A stretch of DNA of 64,000 bases, taken from assembly GCA_002269645.1 (NCBI GenBank), contig NIVC01001117.1:111039-175038 (forward strand). Direction: 5' to 3'. Below are positions 1-9,804 of this stretch, piece after piece (the stretch's first letter is position 1; each line of letters opens with the position of its first letter). The DNA is from Macrostomum lignano (lineage: Eukaryota). The notes beneath the pieces are model-generated. The model worked only from the letters and a program-made list of their open reading frames with translations, had not been told where the DNA came from and did no database searches. Both the position numbers and the translations under genes were made by a program.

Positions 1-826
1 GGGCGGATGTCTCTTACGGATAAAACTTTCACGAGGATGTTGGGACCATTCCAGGCAGGCTCCTCTAGCCTGTTCCCTCCAGCCTTTATTTGCGGCGAGG
101 CGCCTTGTAACATGTTTTTCACTGCAGCTCCTAAGCGGGTCGCCCTCCGGTGCTCGACAGGCTTTTTCCCGCGATCAGCGCTCTCCTCCTGCCTTGATCC
201 CTGATAGGTTCGACTCCGGTCTCCAGGTACACCGCCTCGATCGTCGTGGAGCGCACCAGTCCAGCCGCCGTTCTGAGACAATCCCTTTGGGTCCGTTCAA
301 GCTATCAAAATTTGAGCTAGACAGCCAGGGGAGCCACGCCGGTGCTCCATACCAGACACAGCTTTCCACGATGCTCTTGTACACCAGCAGCAGGTCAGCC
401 GTCCTCCACCCCAGCTGGTATTCGCCAGGACCGCGATCGCTCGTGCTCTGCGCTTCATCTTTTGGGCCACCTGGTCGGTATGCTCGGTGAAAGTCAGACC
501 TCCATCGATGGTGACACCAAGGTATTTCAGCTTCCTGACCGTGGCGATGGGGTGGCCCGCGATGCTCAGGCCGATGTCTATGGTCTTATCCTTCGGCGCT
601 CTGCTAAAAACGCATGCTTCACACTTTTGCGGATTTAGTTCGATCTTAAGGTCGCGGGCCCAGCGCTCGATCTTGTTGAGCGCTCGCTGCATGCGGTCAC
701 AGGCGCCTTCAACGGTCTGATCCGACGTCCAGATAGCCAGGTCGTCGGCGAATCCTCCATATTCCACTCCTTTTTCCTCGAGGTCCTTCCAGCCGTTTGC
801 ATACAGAAGGAACAGGGCCGGCGAGC

Positions 827-3280
827 TCACTGCTCCCTGGGGAGGCCCTCCTGGAACCTCCTCCATTTACTGCGACCGTCTCCGACTCTAACTCTTGCCT
901 GACGACCCTCCAGAAAGCTGGCAAACCATTTAACCAGGTGCGCCGGAGCTCTTTCCTCCATCAACCTGTTTATCAGTTTGACTCTCCATACCCTCTCGTA
1001 CGCCTTAGAGCAGTCCAGGGTTATGGCGATGGTCTTGAGTGGCTTTTTCGCCTCCCATCCGTCTTGGATGTCCTGGACAAGTCGAATAACTTGTTCCTCG
1101 GTGCTGCGGCCTCTCTGGAAGCCCGCCTGCCAGCTCTTAATGATCTTGTTCTCTTCCATCCAGAAATAGAGGCGGTTTGTCACCATGCGCTCCATCAGCT
1201 TTGCACAGGCCGATGTGAGGCTGATTGGGCGGTACGACTCCCGTTTCTTCGGATCTTTTCCGGATTTCAAAAGCGGGATTATCTCTGCCTTCTTCCACGT
1301 ACCGGGGCAGAGATGCTCCGCCCAACTTCTATTGAATAACTTGAGCCATCTTTCCAAACACCGGTCCGGCAGATTTTTAAGAAAACGCACCTCAATGCCA
1401 TCGACTCCGCCCTTTTTATCCGAGGCCATTTGCTCTAGCGCGTCCGTGAGCTCCTCCATGACGAACGGCACCCCGAAGTCGGCAGCTTCATTGTACTCAC
1501 GGAGTCCTTTTGCCACCTGGGCTCGGAGCTTCCTGTCCTCTTTCTCAATCTTGACCTTGCTGTTTCCTGCGTACATGTCCACGAACACAGCCGCCTTTTC
1601 CTCATCTGTCCTCGCTTCATGGTTTCCTTTCACGATGATCTCATTCGGTATGTTCTCCTCTTTAACCGAGTGAAGCGCTTTGATGGTTCTCCAGGTGTTC
1701 TTGCCGTCGTCTCCTTCCTTAAGGTTTTTGACATGCTCTTTCCAGAAGCTGAGCCTCTTTTCTCTAATCAGCGCGTTCAGCTGCTTGTTTGCCGCGGTCC
1801 AACGCGCGCGGCTGTCCTCATCCCTGCGCGTCTCTGCGTCTCTCTGACGTTGGATCTCTGTCAACTCCTCGTCCCAAAAGGGCATGTTCCGCCTTGACAC
1901 TTTCTTTTTAGGCACTCCCTCTTCAGCTGCCTGCACCATCGCTCTACTAAGGTCTTTGGTCTCCTGCGCAATGGATCCGCTCGGGGTGGCCTCAAACGCT
2001 TCAGCGCACTTTTTTCTGAAAGACGACCAATCCGCTTTCTTCCACGCCCAAGCCAGCCGTATTCGACTGTCCCTAACTTCCCGCTCCGTCGCCACAGTGA
2101 TGATGATGGGGTGGTGATCGGAGCTGAGGCCGCGGGTGACTTCCCATTGACAGCGTACCCCCAGGTTTGAAGCCGCCAGGGATACGTCTGGGACGCTGTC
2201 GTTGCCGGTCCTCCAGTCCGTACGCGTGGCCGCGCCGTCGTTTAGGATCTGATAGTCGAACTCGGCAATCCAGTCCAGCAGCTCCCTTGAGTCTCTACGG
2301 TCCAAGGCGCTCTGGTCTGGGGTGGCTCCCCATTCCTCCGCATGCAGGTTGAAATCTCCAAGGACAATCTCGCGGCTGTCGGGACGCATCCAACTCCAGA
2401 CCTCTTCGCTCTCTCTTGCATCCTCTCCTTCCACGCTTCTGACTGGAGGGCGGTATACATTGGTGACTACGACACGCTCTTTCTTGTTGAGATCGATAAC
2501 CGTTCTCATGCCTTCCGTGACGCCTCCCTTCCACGCCAGCAGACGTTTGAACGGGATGTTGTGCTTGACAAGCGTGATGAGGCCTCCTCCCTTAGCTCTT
2601 TCACTCCGCCTGATTTCTAGACGGTCTTTTCGCAGGGTGGTATAGCCTCTAAAGCGTGGAGTCTCGCTATTTTCACAGAGCTTAGATTCTTGAATAACAG
2701 CCACGTCGATATCGTGGGCCTCCAGGAAGCCCTCCAACTCGGCTCTCTTGGTGTTAATTCCATCAGCATTCCACTGCAATATTCGCAGGAACCTCCTGGG
2801 TTCTTTTTTCCATCCTTTACTCGCTCCACAGGTAGAACTCGGTTCTTCTGTCGCTGCTTTCTCCTCCGCCATCCTGACCAGGCGGTTTAGACAGTGCATA
2901 CAGGTCCAGAGGCCTCTCCTCACTTCGCCATCCAAACAGGCTCTGCTAGCACGAGTGCACTTGTTGTGGAAGAGGCCCATGCACTCTTTGCAGCGCGCAA
3001 TAACCTTCGTCACTTTGAGTTTGCTCTTGCAGCCCGGTGCTGCACACCTCTCACCGTTTTTGATTTCCTCCGCCGCTGCTTCCCACCGCTTACGGTCTTC
3101 GTCGGCGTCTTCCTTCTCCCATTCTCTGTCCAGGGTGCAATGGGGGCAGCGCCACTCTCTATTTGCTTCTCTGACTTTCTTTTGGATGCCACGGGTGAGC
3201 CCTGTGCACGATCCATGGAACACTCGATCGCACTCCGTGCAGTTGGTGGGGTTTGCCCCGAAGTGAGCACCTTGCCACAT
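827..3280 (-). CDS. Main open segment (817 aa) of the LINE polyprotein: PHD x2 + AP endonuclease + N-terminal half of reverse transcriptase
   Basis: ORF track 827..3280. Joined to 3010..3378 upstream and to 297..866, 175..384 and beyond downstream by four 1-nt deletions (G/C runs at 3248-3251, 839-842, 409-412 and a GG->G at ~298). Confidence 0.9.
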   Translation of the reverse strand: MWQGAHFGANPTNCTECDRVFHGSCTGLTRGIQKKVREANREWRCPHCTLDREWEKEDADEDRKRWEAAAEEIKNGERCAAPGCKSKLKVTKVIARCKECMGLFHNKCTRASRACLDGEVRRGLWTCMHCLNRLVRMAEEKAATEEPSSTCGASKGWKKEPRRFLRILQWNADGINTKRAELEGFLEAHDIDVAVIQESKLCENSETPRFRGYTTLRKDRLEIRRSERAKGGGLITLVKHNIPFKRLLAWKGGVTEGMRTVIDLNKKERVVVTNVYRPPVRSVEGEDARESEEVWSWMRPDSREIVLGDFNLHAEEWGATPDQSALDRRDSRELLDWIAEFDYQILNDGAATRTDWRTGNDSVPDVSLAASNLGVRCQWEVTRGLSSDHHPIIITVATEREVRDSRIRLAWAWKKADWSSFRKKCAEAFEATPSGSIAQETKDLSRAMVQAAEEGVPKKKVSRRNMPFWDEELTEIQRQRDAETRRDEDSRARWTAANKQLNALIREKRLSFWKEHVKNLKEGDDGKNTWRTIKALHSVKEENIPNEIIVKGNHEARTDEEKAAVFVDMYAGNSKVKIEKEDRKLRAQVAKGLREYNEAADFGVPFVMEELTDALEQMASDKKGGVDGIEVRFLKNLPDRCLERWLKLFNRSWAEHLCPGTWKKAEIIPLLKSGKDPKKRESYRPISLTSACAKLMERMVTNRLYFWMEENKIIKSWQAGFQRGRSTEEQVIRLVQDIQDGWEAKKPLKTIAITLDCSKAYERVWRVKLINRLMEERAPAHLVKWFASFLEGRQARVRVGDGRSKWRRFQEGLPREQ

Positions 3281-3288
3281 TTGGCGCA

Positions 3289-3312
3289 GGGGCCTGGATT
3301 TCTCTCTACGTC
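3289..3312 (-). other. 2A-like (StopGo) peptide motif DVERNPG|P at the N-terminus of the LINE ORF
   Basis: Reverse complement reads GAC GTA GAG AGA AAT CCA GGC CCC = D-V-E-R-N-P-G-P, matching D(V/I)ExNPGP, immediately before the first PHD cysteine (CAKC). Confidence 0.8.
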
Positions 3313-3419
3313 ACTAGCCACTGGGATGACTTCACTCGCTCGCCAGCCCGTTCTGAGCTCCGGTTCTTCCGCTTCCATCCTGTTGTAATAACTTCTTTCT
3401 ATCCCCAGGTTTTCCGAGT

Positions 3420-3517
3420 TGACCCAGCTGTTCGTTTGTCCGGAGTGGTCTCCGGCTCCCGTCCGCCGAGTATCCCTATGTTTAGGTCTACGAGAGGCCG
3501 CCAGGTCATAGGACGGG
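3420..3517 (-). ncRNA. Candidate HDV-like self-cleaving ribozyme at the LINE 5' end
   Basis: Nested pairings on the minus strand: P1 CCCGTCC/GGACGGG, P2 TGACCTGGC/GCTGGGTCA (2 G-U), P3 GCC/GGC, P4 CCGGAG-acca-CTCCGG, and CGAA in J4/2. L3 is atypically long. Confidence 0.5.

Positions 3518-3589
<72 letters not shown>
3518..3589. repeat. (TTG/AAC)n microsatellite, ~24 units
   Basis: Perfect trinucleotide run directly abutting the LINE 5' end. Confidence 0.97.
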
Positions 3590-3819
3590 CAAGTGGGGAA
3601 AGCTGAGATGCCGAGGCTCGTAGGGAATGGGCTTATATTGTGACATTGAATGGCAGTAAAGAACAGAAAATAGGCGCTTCCCACTACTTGGCAGTAGCAT
3701 TTATGTTGGGAATTATAAAATATTAACGTAGCATCGATTTATCCAACAGAATAATACAGAAAATGACTTGATAATGATAGAATGGGTCATTGAGAGAGTA
3801 AAAAAATTGCAATCGAGGA

Positions 3820-4385
3820 GGTCATAGAATCATTGCGGGAGTCATATAATCATTGCGGGAGTCATAGAATCAATGTAAGGGTCATATAATCATTGTGAGG
3901 GTCATATAATCATTGTGAGGTCATAGAATCATTGCGGGAGCCATATAATCGTTGTGAGGGTCATAAAATCATTGTGAGGGTCATAGAATCATTGTGAGGG
4001 TCATCGAATCATTGCGGGAGTCATAGAATCATTGTGAGGGTCATATAATCATTGTGAGGGTCATAGAATCATTGTGAGGTCATAGAATCATTGCTGGAGT
4101 CATATAATCGTTGTGAGGGTCATAGAATCATTGTGAGGGTCATCGAATCATTGCGGGAGTCATAGAATCAATGTAAGGGTCATATAATCATTGTGAGGGT
4201 CATATAATCATTGTGAGGTCATAGAATCATTGCGGGAGCCATATAATCGTTGTGAGGGTTATAAAATCATTGTGAGGGTCATAGAATCATTGGGAGGGTC
4301 ATATAATCATTGTGAGTGTCATTGAATCATTGCGACTGTCATAGAATCATTATGAGGGTCATAGAATCATTGCGAGAGTTATAAA
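3820..4385. repeat. ~20-bp minisatellite (gggtcatagaatcattgtga)
   Basis: Tandem degenerate copies visible directly. Confidence 0.92.
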
Positions 4386-4979
4386 CTAATCAAGAGTCAT
4401 GGAACAACTGCCACTAAAGCCACAAACCGATTGGAAGATTCACTGAGGTCAGCTTGATTGATTAGTGTCCACTCAAAACGCGTCAGTTTTCATACTAATG
4501 CCCTAGCTTCCTAATTCAATTTTAATTGCCAGGATACGGAACTATTGATTATTTTTGAGATCTTAGCGGTGGGGATAAAGGTAAGTAAACAAACAGCACA
4601 GGTAAGTCGAGCTCAAACTAGCTTAAACTACTCAAGCTAATTAAGATGAACACGTGCAAGTCAGCCCACATTCGACTGGCTCTCTGACTCTGCCAGATTA
4701 AAATAAGACGGATTGTCCGGTGGCTGGCTAGCTATAATGAGTAGCTTGACAGAGGCAATTGAGGGTCACGTGACCTTGGGTTTGCAGTTGTCAATACGCT
4801 GAGTTTTCGTTTAACCCATTTGTCCTGTGATGTTTTTGAGTTCCAGTTTATAATCCCGGTCAAATTAATATTTGTCCATTTTTAATTGTGTGGCTTGGCT
4901 TGCAATCGAAGGCATGGTGACTTTCTGGGGCAGGGTTATGATCTCCTTTAATTTCGATAGAGCTGGTGGGAGAAACACC

Positions 4980-5338
4980 TGGGAGAAAGAGAGTAGGCGG
5001 GAGAGAGGGAGAGGGAGAGAGCGAGAGGGAGAGAGGAAGAGAGAGAGGGAGAGAGAGATAGAGAGAGCGAGAAGGAGAGAGCGAGAAGGAGAGAGCGAAA
5101 GGGAGAGAGTGAGAGGGAGAGAGTGAGAGGGAGAGAGGGAGAAGGAGAGAGGGAGAGGGAGAGAGGAAGAGGGAGATAGCGAGAGGGAGAGGCGGAGAGT
5201 GAGAGGGGGAGAGTGAGAGTGAGAGGGGGAGAGTGAGAGGGAAAGAGTGAGAGGGGGAGAGTGAGAGGGGGAGAGTGAGAGTGAGAGACAGAGAGTGAGA
5301 GGGGGAGAGTGAGAGTGAGAGGCGGAGAGTGAGAGGGA

Positions 5339-5372
<34 letters not shown>

Positions 5373-5415
5373 TTGAGAGGCGGAGAGTGAGAGGGGGAGA
5401 GTGAGAGTGAGAGAC

Positions 5416-5455
<40 letters not shown>

Positions 5456-5470
5456 TGAGAAGGAGAGACA
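4980..5470. repeat. GA-rich simple repeat (gaga/gagagt)n
   Basis: Polypurine tract. Confidence 0.92.
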
Positions 5471-6169
5471 TCAGCAGAGTGAGATAGGCAGGAATGGGGT
5501 TAGAGAAGAGAACTCATAGCATATCAGAGGCCTAGACAGGTACTCAGTACTAATGGCATAACCAAACACACGCGCATCGCAATAGAAGGAAAATGACACG
5601 GGTATTTAATGGCAGTCAAGGCAAATAGTTAGATAAGAGATAACTGGCCCTCGTAAGCCAAAATCTGGCATTTCATTGGGCAGCTTTCCCACCCTCTTTT
5701 TAAATCTCTCAATACTTCGTAGAATCGAGAGTTGGAGAGTTTGTTCGCCAAAGCAGCTCCCGTCTAGTTCGACCCGCGGGATTCGGGGTAGGTTCGAGGG
5801 GAGCGAAGTTGCGTCAGTCGGCGGGAGATGACGCAACTTGAGGCGCAGTTCTTTGCTGCGTGTTTTTGATGGCTTGCTATGTAATGTTATTTTGTCCCAG
5901 GATCAAACTGAAACACACAAAATATACAGCCCGAACAGTTAATTACCTCTGCTTGGCATGTCACTCCCTATAACTCAATTAACCTCCTTGTTGTGCGTCC
6001 TGTGTCAGTGACACAGATTTGCATAAGACAGCTGTAATACCTGGCCTCATCATCAATAAACAATTGAGACGGAATTCGAAATTGCGCAAAATGACAGGTG
6101 AAACAGCACGCGACTATAAAACAACCGGATGTTGTTAAATAATTTGAAAAAACTCATCTTCTTTGGGTG

Positions 6170-6570
6170 CTCAGTTGGGTGATTGAGTGAGCTGCTCAGC
6201 TACCCTCTCCCGGGTGACTGAGTGAGCTGCTCAGCTGCTGACTCCCGGGTGATTGAGTGAGCTGCTCAGCTGTTGACTCCCGGGTGACTGAGTGAGCTGC
6301 TCAGCTGCTGACTCCCGGGTGATTGAGTGAGCTGCTCAGCTGCTGACTCCCGGGTGATTGAGTGAGCTGCTCAGCTGCTGACTCCCGGGTGATTGAGTGA
6401 GCTGCTCAGCTGCTGACTCCCGGGTGATTGAGTGAGCTGCTCAGCTGCTGACTCCCGGGTGATTGAGTGAGCTGCTTAGCTACTGACTCCCGGGTCATTG
6501 AGTGAGCTGCTCAGCTACCCTCTACCGGGTCATTGAGTGAGCTGCTCAGCTACCCTCTACCGCGTCACTC
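6170..6570. repeat. 35-bp minisatellite (ctcccgggtgattgagtgagctgctcagctgctga)
   Basis: About 11 tandem copies. The same family recurs at 9805-10055. Confidence 0.92.
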
Positions 6571-7049
6571 TGTCATAGAGCCAGCAGTGGGGCTGTTTAT
6601 TACTTTACAAAACAAACCCTTTGATGTTTTCCCTCCAAGCGTCATCGTGCCACCAAAAATCCGATATTAAACAGAATCAACTTTCAAGTAAAAGAGTTGG
6701 TTTTGGCGTCGGCATCATCAAAGAGACGCGGCGCCTGTTGATAACAGCCATGCAAACCCCCCGCTGAGCATAAGTTAGGCTAAATCTGTTGATCGCGCGA
6801 TTAAATATTGCAGCCATTCTAGATATTTAGGAACAATTAGCTGCTGAAATCAAAGCTAGCCGCCAACGAGCCGGGTTCCCTGTGAAAATTAGTTGTAAAC
6901 GCGCCATGTCAAAGGTTTTAGCGCATTTTTATTATTATTATTATTACTATTATTTGTTAGTTCTGAGATTATTACGAGTGATAATACTGAGATTTCCAGT
7001 CGAAACTTGTCATACTAAATGAAATTATAAACTGCAGAACCTTAGGTCG

Positions 7050-7690
7050 CTCATATATGAGACTCAAGAGTCAAATGGATCATAGATGAGACTCAATACT
7101 TCAATGCATCATAGTTGAGACACAATAATCCGATGGGTCATAGTTGAGACACAATAATCCAATGGGTCATAGCTGAGACACAATAATCCAATGGGTCATA
7201 GCTGAGACACAATAATCCAATGGGTCATAGCTGAGACACAATAATCCAATGGGTCATAGCTGAGACACAATAATCCGATGGGTCATAGTTGAGACACAAT
7301 AATCCAATGGGTCATAGTTGAGACACAAAAATCCAATGGATCATAGTTGAGACACAAAAATCCAATGGATCATAGTTGAGACAATATAATCGGATGGGTC
7401 ATAGTTGAGACACAATAATCCAATGGGTCATAGTTGAGACACAAAAATCCAATGGATCATAGTTGAGACACAAAAATCCGATAGGTCATAGTTGAGACAC
7501 AATAGTCCAATGGGTCATAGCTGAGACACAATAATCCAATGGGTCATAGTTGAGACACAAAAATCCAATGGATCATAGTTGAGACACAAAAATCCGATAG
7601 GTCATAGTTGAGACACAATAGTCCAATGGGTCATAGCTGAGACACAAGAATCCAATGGGTCATAGCTGAGACACAAGAATCTAAGTCATG
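7050..7690. repeat. 29-bp minisatellite (catagctgagacacaataatccaatgggt)
   Basis: About 20 tandem copies. Shares the gggtcatag core with the 3820-4385 array. Confidence 0.92.
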
Positions 7691-8209
7691 GATGTTAAAA
7701 CACCCAATGGCCAAGTTCTACCATGAAGCTCCAAGTGTTTACAATTGAATTTCAACGAGAATCGATTAAACTAATAAAATATCCAAGAAAGGAATCACTT
7801 AAGCAGGGCCAACAATTACCCTGCTCACAGCGGGACCACTGTGAGACGTGGGTGGGTGGGGGCATTTAAGAGAAGTATAGCAGCTCTGACTGAAGGCCAT
7901 CAATTTTGGGATAAAAAACGCGCGCTACGATCCAGTCCTCGCATTGTTTCGCCTGTCTGATGAAACAAACCCTGTCTCTTAATTCTTGCAGGGACAGTTT
8001 CAATCCCTCAAGTGTTAATTTCTCCTTCCCTTCCTGTCCGGGCGATTGACACCCAAGTCAAGTCAAACAGTATATAATAATAGGTGAAAATGTATAACAT
8101 AGGTGTTTGCAGGAGCTGACGCTGAACCCCGATGTCATCATTGGATTTGCCTCAAGGCTTGGGAAGAGAATAGAAATAGGGATTATAGGCAAGAGAGTTA
8201 GTGGAATGG

Positions 8210-8435
8210 AGAACCGCGCGTGTTTCTGTCTTGCCTGCCGGTGGCAGTGTGACGCAACTGGCGCGCGGAGCCGCGGTGGGGCCAATTCGTCTCCTCGATT
8301 CCTATTGGCTGCGAGAGCGAGAGAGAGAGAGTGGGGGGTGGCAAAACTCGCGCCAAAGAATGCGGACCCCCGCTGGGTTGGGTGGGAGGGCGGGGGGTTG
8401 GGGCCTGGAGTGGGTCCGATGCTATATATAGAACA
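8210..8435 (+). promoter_or_regulatory. Proximal promoter of the HES-like gene
   Basis: TATATATA at 8423-8430, CCAAT at 8282-8286, inverted CCAAT at 8304-8308, GC box at 8388-8393, class C site (CACGCG on minus) at 8217-8222. All lie within ~300 nt of the ATG at 8518. Confidence 0.6.
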
Positions 8436-8517
8436 CTCCAAATCAAAAGACTTGGATAAATCTTGAAAAACTTCTATATTCTATAATACTTATTGTTCTT
8501 TATTAAATTACTACATC

Positions 8518-8982
8518 ATGCAACAGCAGCAACAGCAGAAGCAGAAATCGCATCGGAGCAATCTTCGCAGTCGAAAAGCAGAAAAGGAGTCAGCAGACAT
8601 GCTGCACTCTCTCGCAGCTGCTACAGAGGACTCACAGATTGGGGATCGGCGATTGGCCAAACAGCTGATGGAGCGCAAACGGCGAGCGAGGATCAACGAC
8701 TGCCTGGAGCAGCTCAAGACTGTGCTGCTAGCAAGCGAACTAGGCCGAGACATGTCGCCAGCTCAGGCGCAGAAGCTGGAGAAGCTGGACATCTTGGAGA
8801 TGACGCTGGCTTACCTGGGAGCCAGGACTGGGCAGCAGCAGCAGCAACAGCAGCAGAAGCAGCAGCGACCAGCTTTGGCTGATGTTGGCAACCGTCAACC
8901 AGCGGCTGCATCACAGCAGCATCAACATCCGCAGCAGGCGCAGTCCCACAACTGTCAAGGTTCGATCTGGCGACCCTGGTAG
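8518..8982 (+). CDS. HES: Hairy/Enhancer-of-split family bHLH repressor, 154 aa, intronless, WRPW C-terminus, no Orange domain
   Basis: bHLH RRLAKQLMERKRRARINDCLEQLK...KLEKLDILEMTLAYL and terminal WRPW (Groucho/TLE-binding) before the TAG. Confidence 0.93.
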   Translation: MQQQQQQKQKSHRSNLRSRKAEKESADMLHSLAAATEDSQIGDRRLAKQLMERKRRARINDCLEQLKTVLLASELGRDMSPAQAQKLEKLDILEMTLAYLGARTGQQQQQQQQKQQRPALADVGNRQPAAASQQHQHPQQAQSHNCQGSIWRPW

Positions 8983-9062
8983 AAGGCAACTCTATCTCTC
9001 TACTCGTTTAATCTCAATCATTGTTTTGTAGCGAAGTTATTTTTTTGCGTTGAAAGCGACGT

Positions 9063-9084
9063 CTGTGATAAGCCTGTAAATAAA
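9063..9084 (+). promoter_or_regulatory. K-box (cTGTGATa) followed by AATAAA in the HES 3'UTR
   Basis: ctgtgata at 9063-9070 and aataaa at 9079-9084. Confidence 0.6.
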
Positions 9085-9804
9085 TAGTTTTGACATTCAA
9101 ATGTACATTAAATTAATGCTTGCTATACACACCGTTGTAGAGATTTGCATGTCTATCAATTGCGTGTTTGTTCAATGCTATTCTGTAAATATCCAAAAAA
9201 CTTACTAGTATACTTATTTGCTAATAATAAACTATTCTGACCAACTCAATTACTTTCAAATGTGTTTAAAATAACTAATCGCTTTATCTGCTTGAGTCAA
9301 CAGTTGTTCAAGAAAGTAATTTGAGAAGCTTGTTTACACAAGGGAACGCAAAAGCGGAAGCTGAGACAAAAGATAAAAAGTGCCCATACAGATGACGTCA
9401 TGATTGAGTATAAAATACAGAACATGAGCACACTATCAATGACATAATTGAGTGATTTGTCCGTTTTATCTATATCGAATGTCACTTTTGCTTATCAGAG
9501 CTGTTGTTAGATGAGGTTCAAGAGATCACGCCACAACACAGGGTTCGCCACTCGCCAACTCAATTTCAAAGGGATCAGGTTCGAGCCTCTTGTACGACAA
9601 CTGTTGATGACATAATTGCTAGACACCGTGAAGAAGGGATGGATATCGATTCAACGGAGCCTGAAGTCCGCGCTCATATTTTGCTAGTAAAATGGGCAAT
9701 GAAAAGAGAGCCAAAGCACTCGTGAAACGTTGGGGGATTTTTTGAAGGCCGATTTTTTCTAGAAAGTTGAGACACAAAAATTAAGACAGTAGGAGAGGGT
9801 AGGT

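Larger units (their letters stand above)
1..3517 (-). mobile_element. Non-LTR retrotransposon (Ingi/I-group-like LINE), 5' part through RT and thumb/connector; 3' end lies outside the window
   Basis: Minus-strand translation gives, in order: DVERNPGP, two PHD fingers, APE motifs (LRILQWNADG, IQESK, NVYRPP, LGDFNLH, SSDHHPI), RT motifs (WKKAEIIPLLK, YRPISLTS, QAGFQRGRST, LDCSKAY, PQGAVSSP, FADD, KYLGV) and an I/Ingi-type post-RT segment (YGAPAW...LERTQRDCLRTAAGLVRSTTIEAVYLE after frame correction). The 5' end abuts a (TTG)n tract at 3518. Confidence 0.93.

Noticed and set aside
3248-3251. Programmed -1 frameshift between the 2A leader and the PHD ORF
   Set aside because: No in-phase slippery heptamer. 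The break falls inside a PHD finger and matches three other homopolymer deletions.
7-3606. Plus-strand ORFs over the LINE, and antisense ORFs over RPLP1, mariner, FIG4 and HSL
   Set aside because: These are shadow ORFs of GC-rich coding sequence on the opposite strand and lack recognisable motifs.
5606-5836. Short minus-strand ORF loosely like a CR1/L2 3' end
   Set aside because: Too short and divergent to assign without a database search.
8100-8430. Su(H)/CSL paired site expected in a HES promoter
   Set aside because: No YGTG(G/A)GAA match found. The nearest (cttgggaa at ~8159) is imperfect and unpaired.
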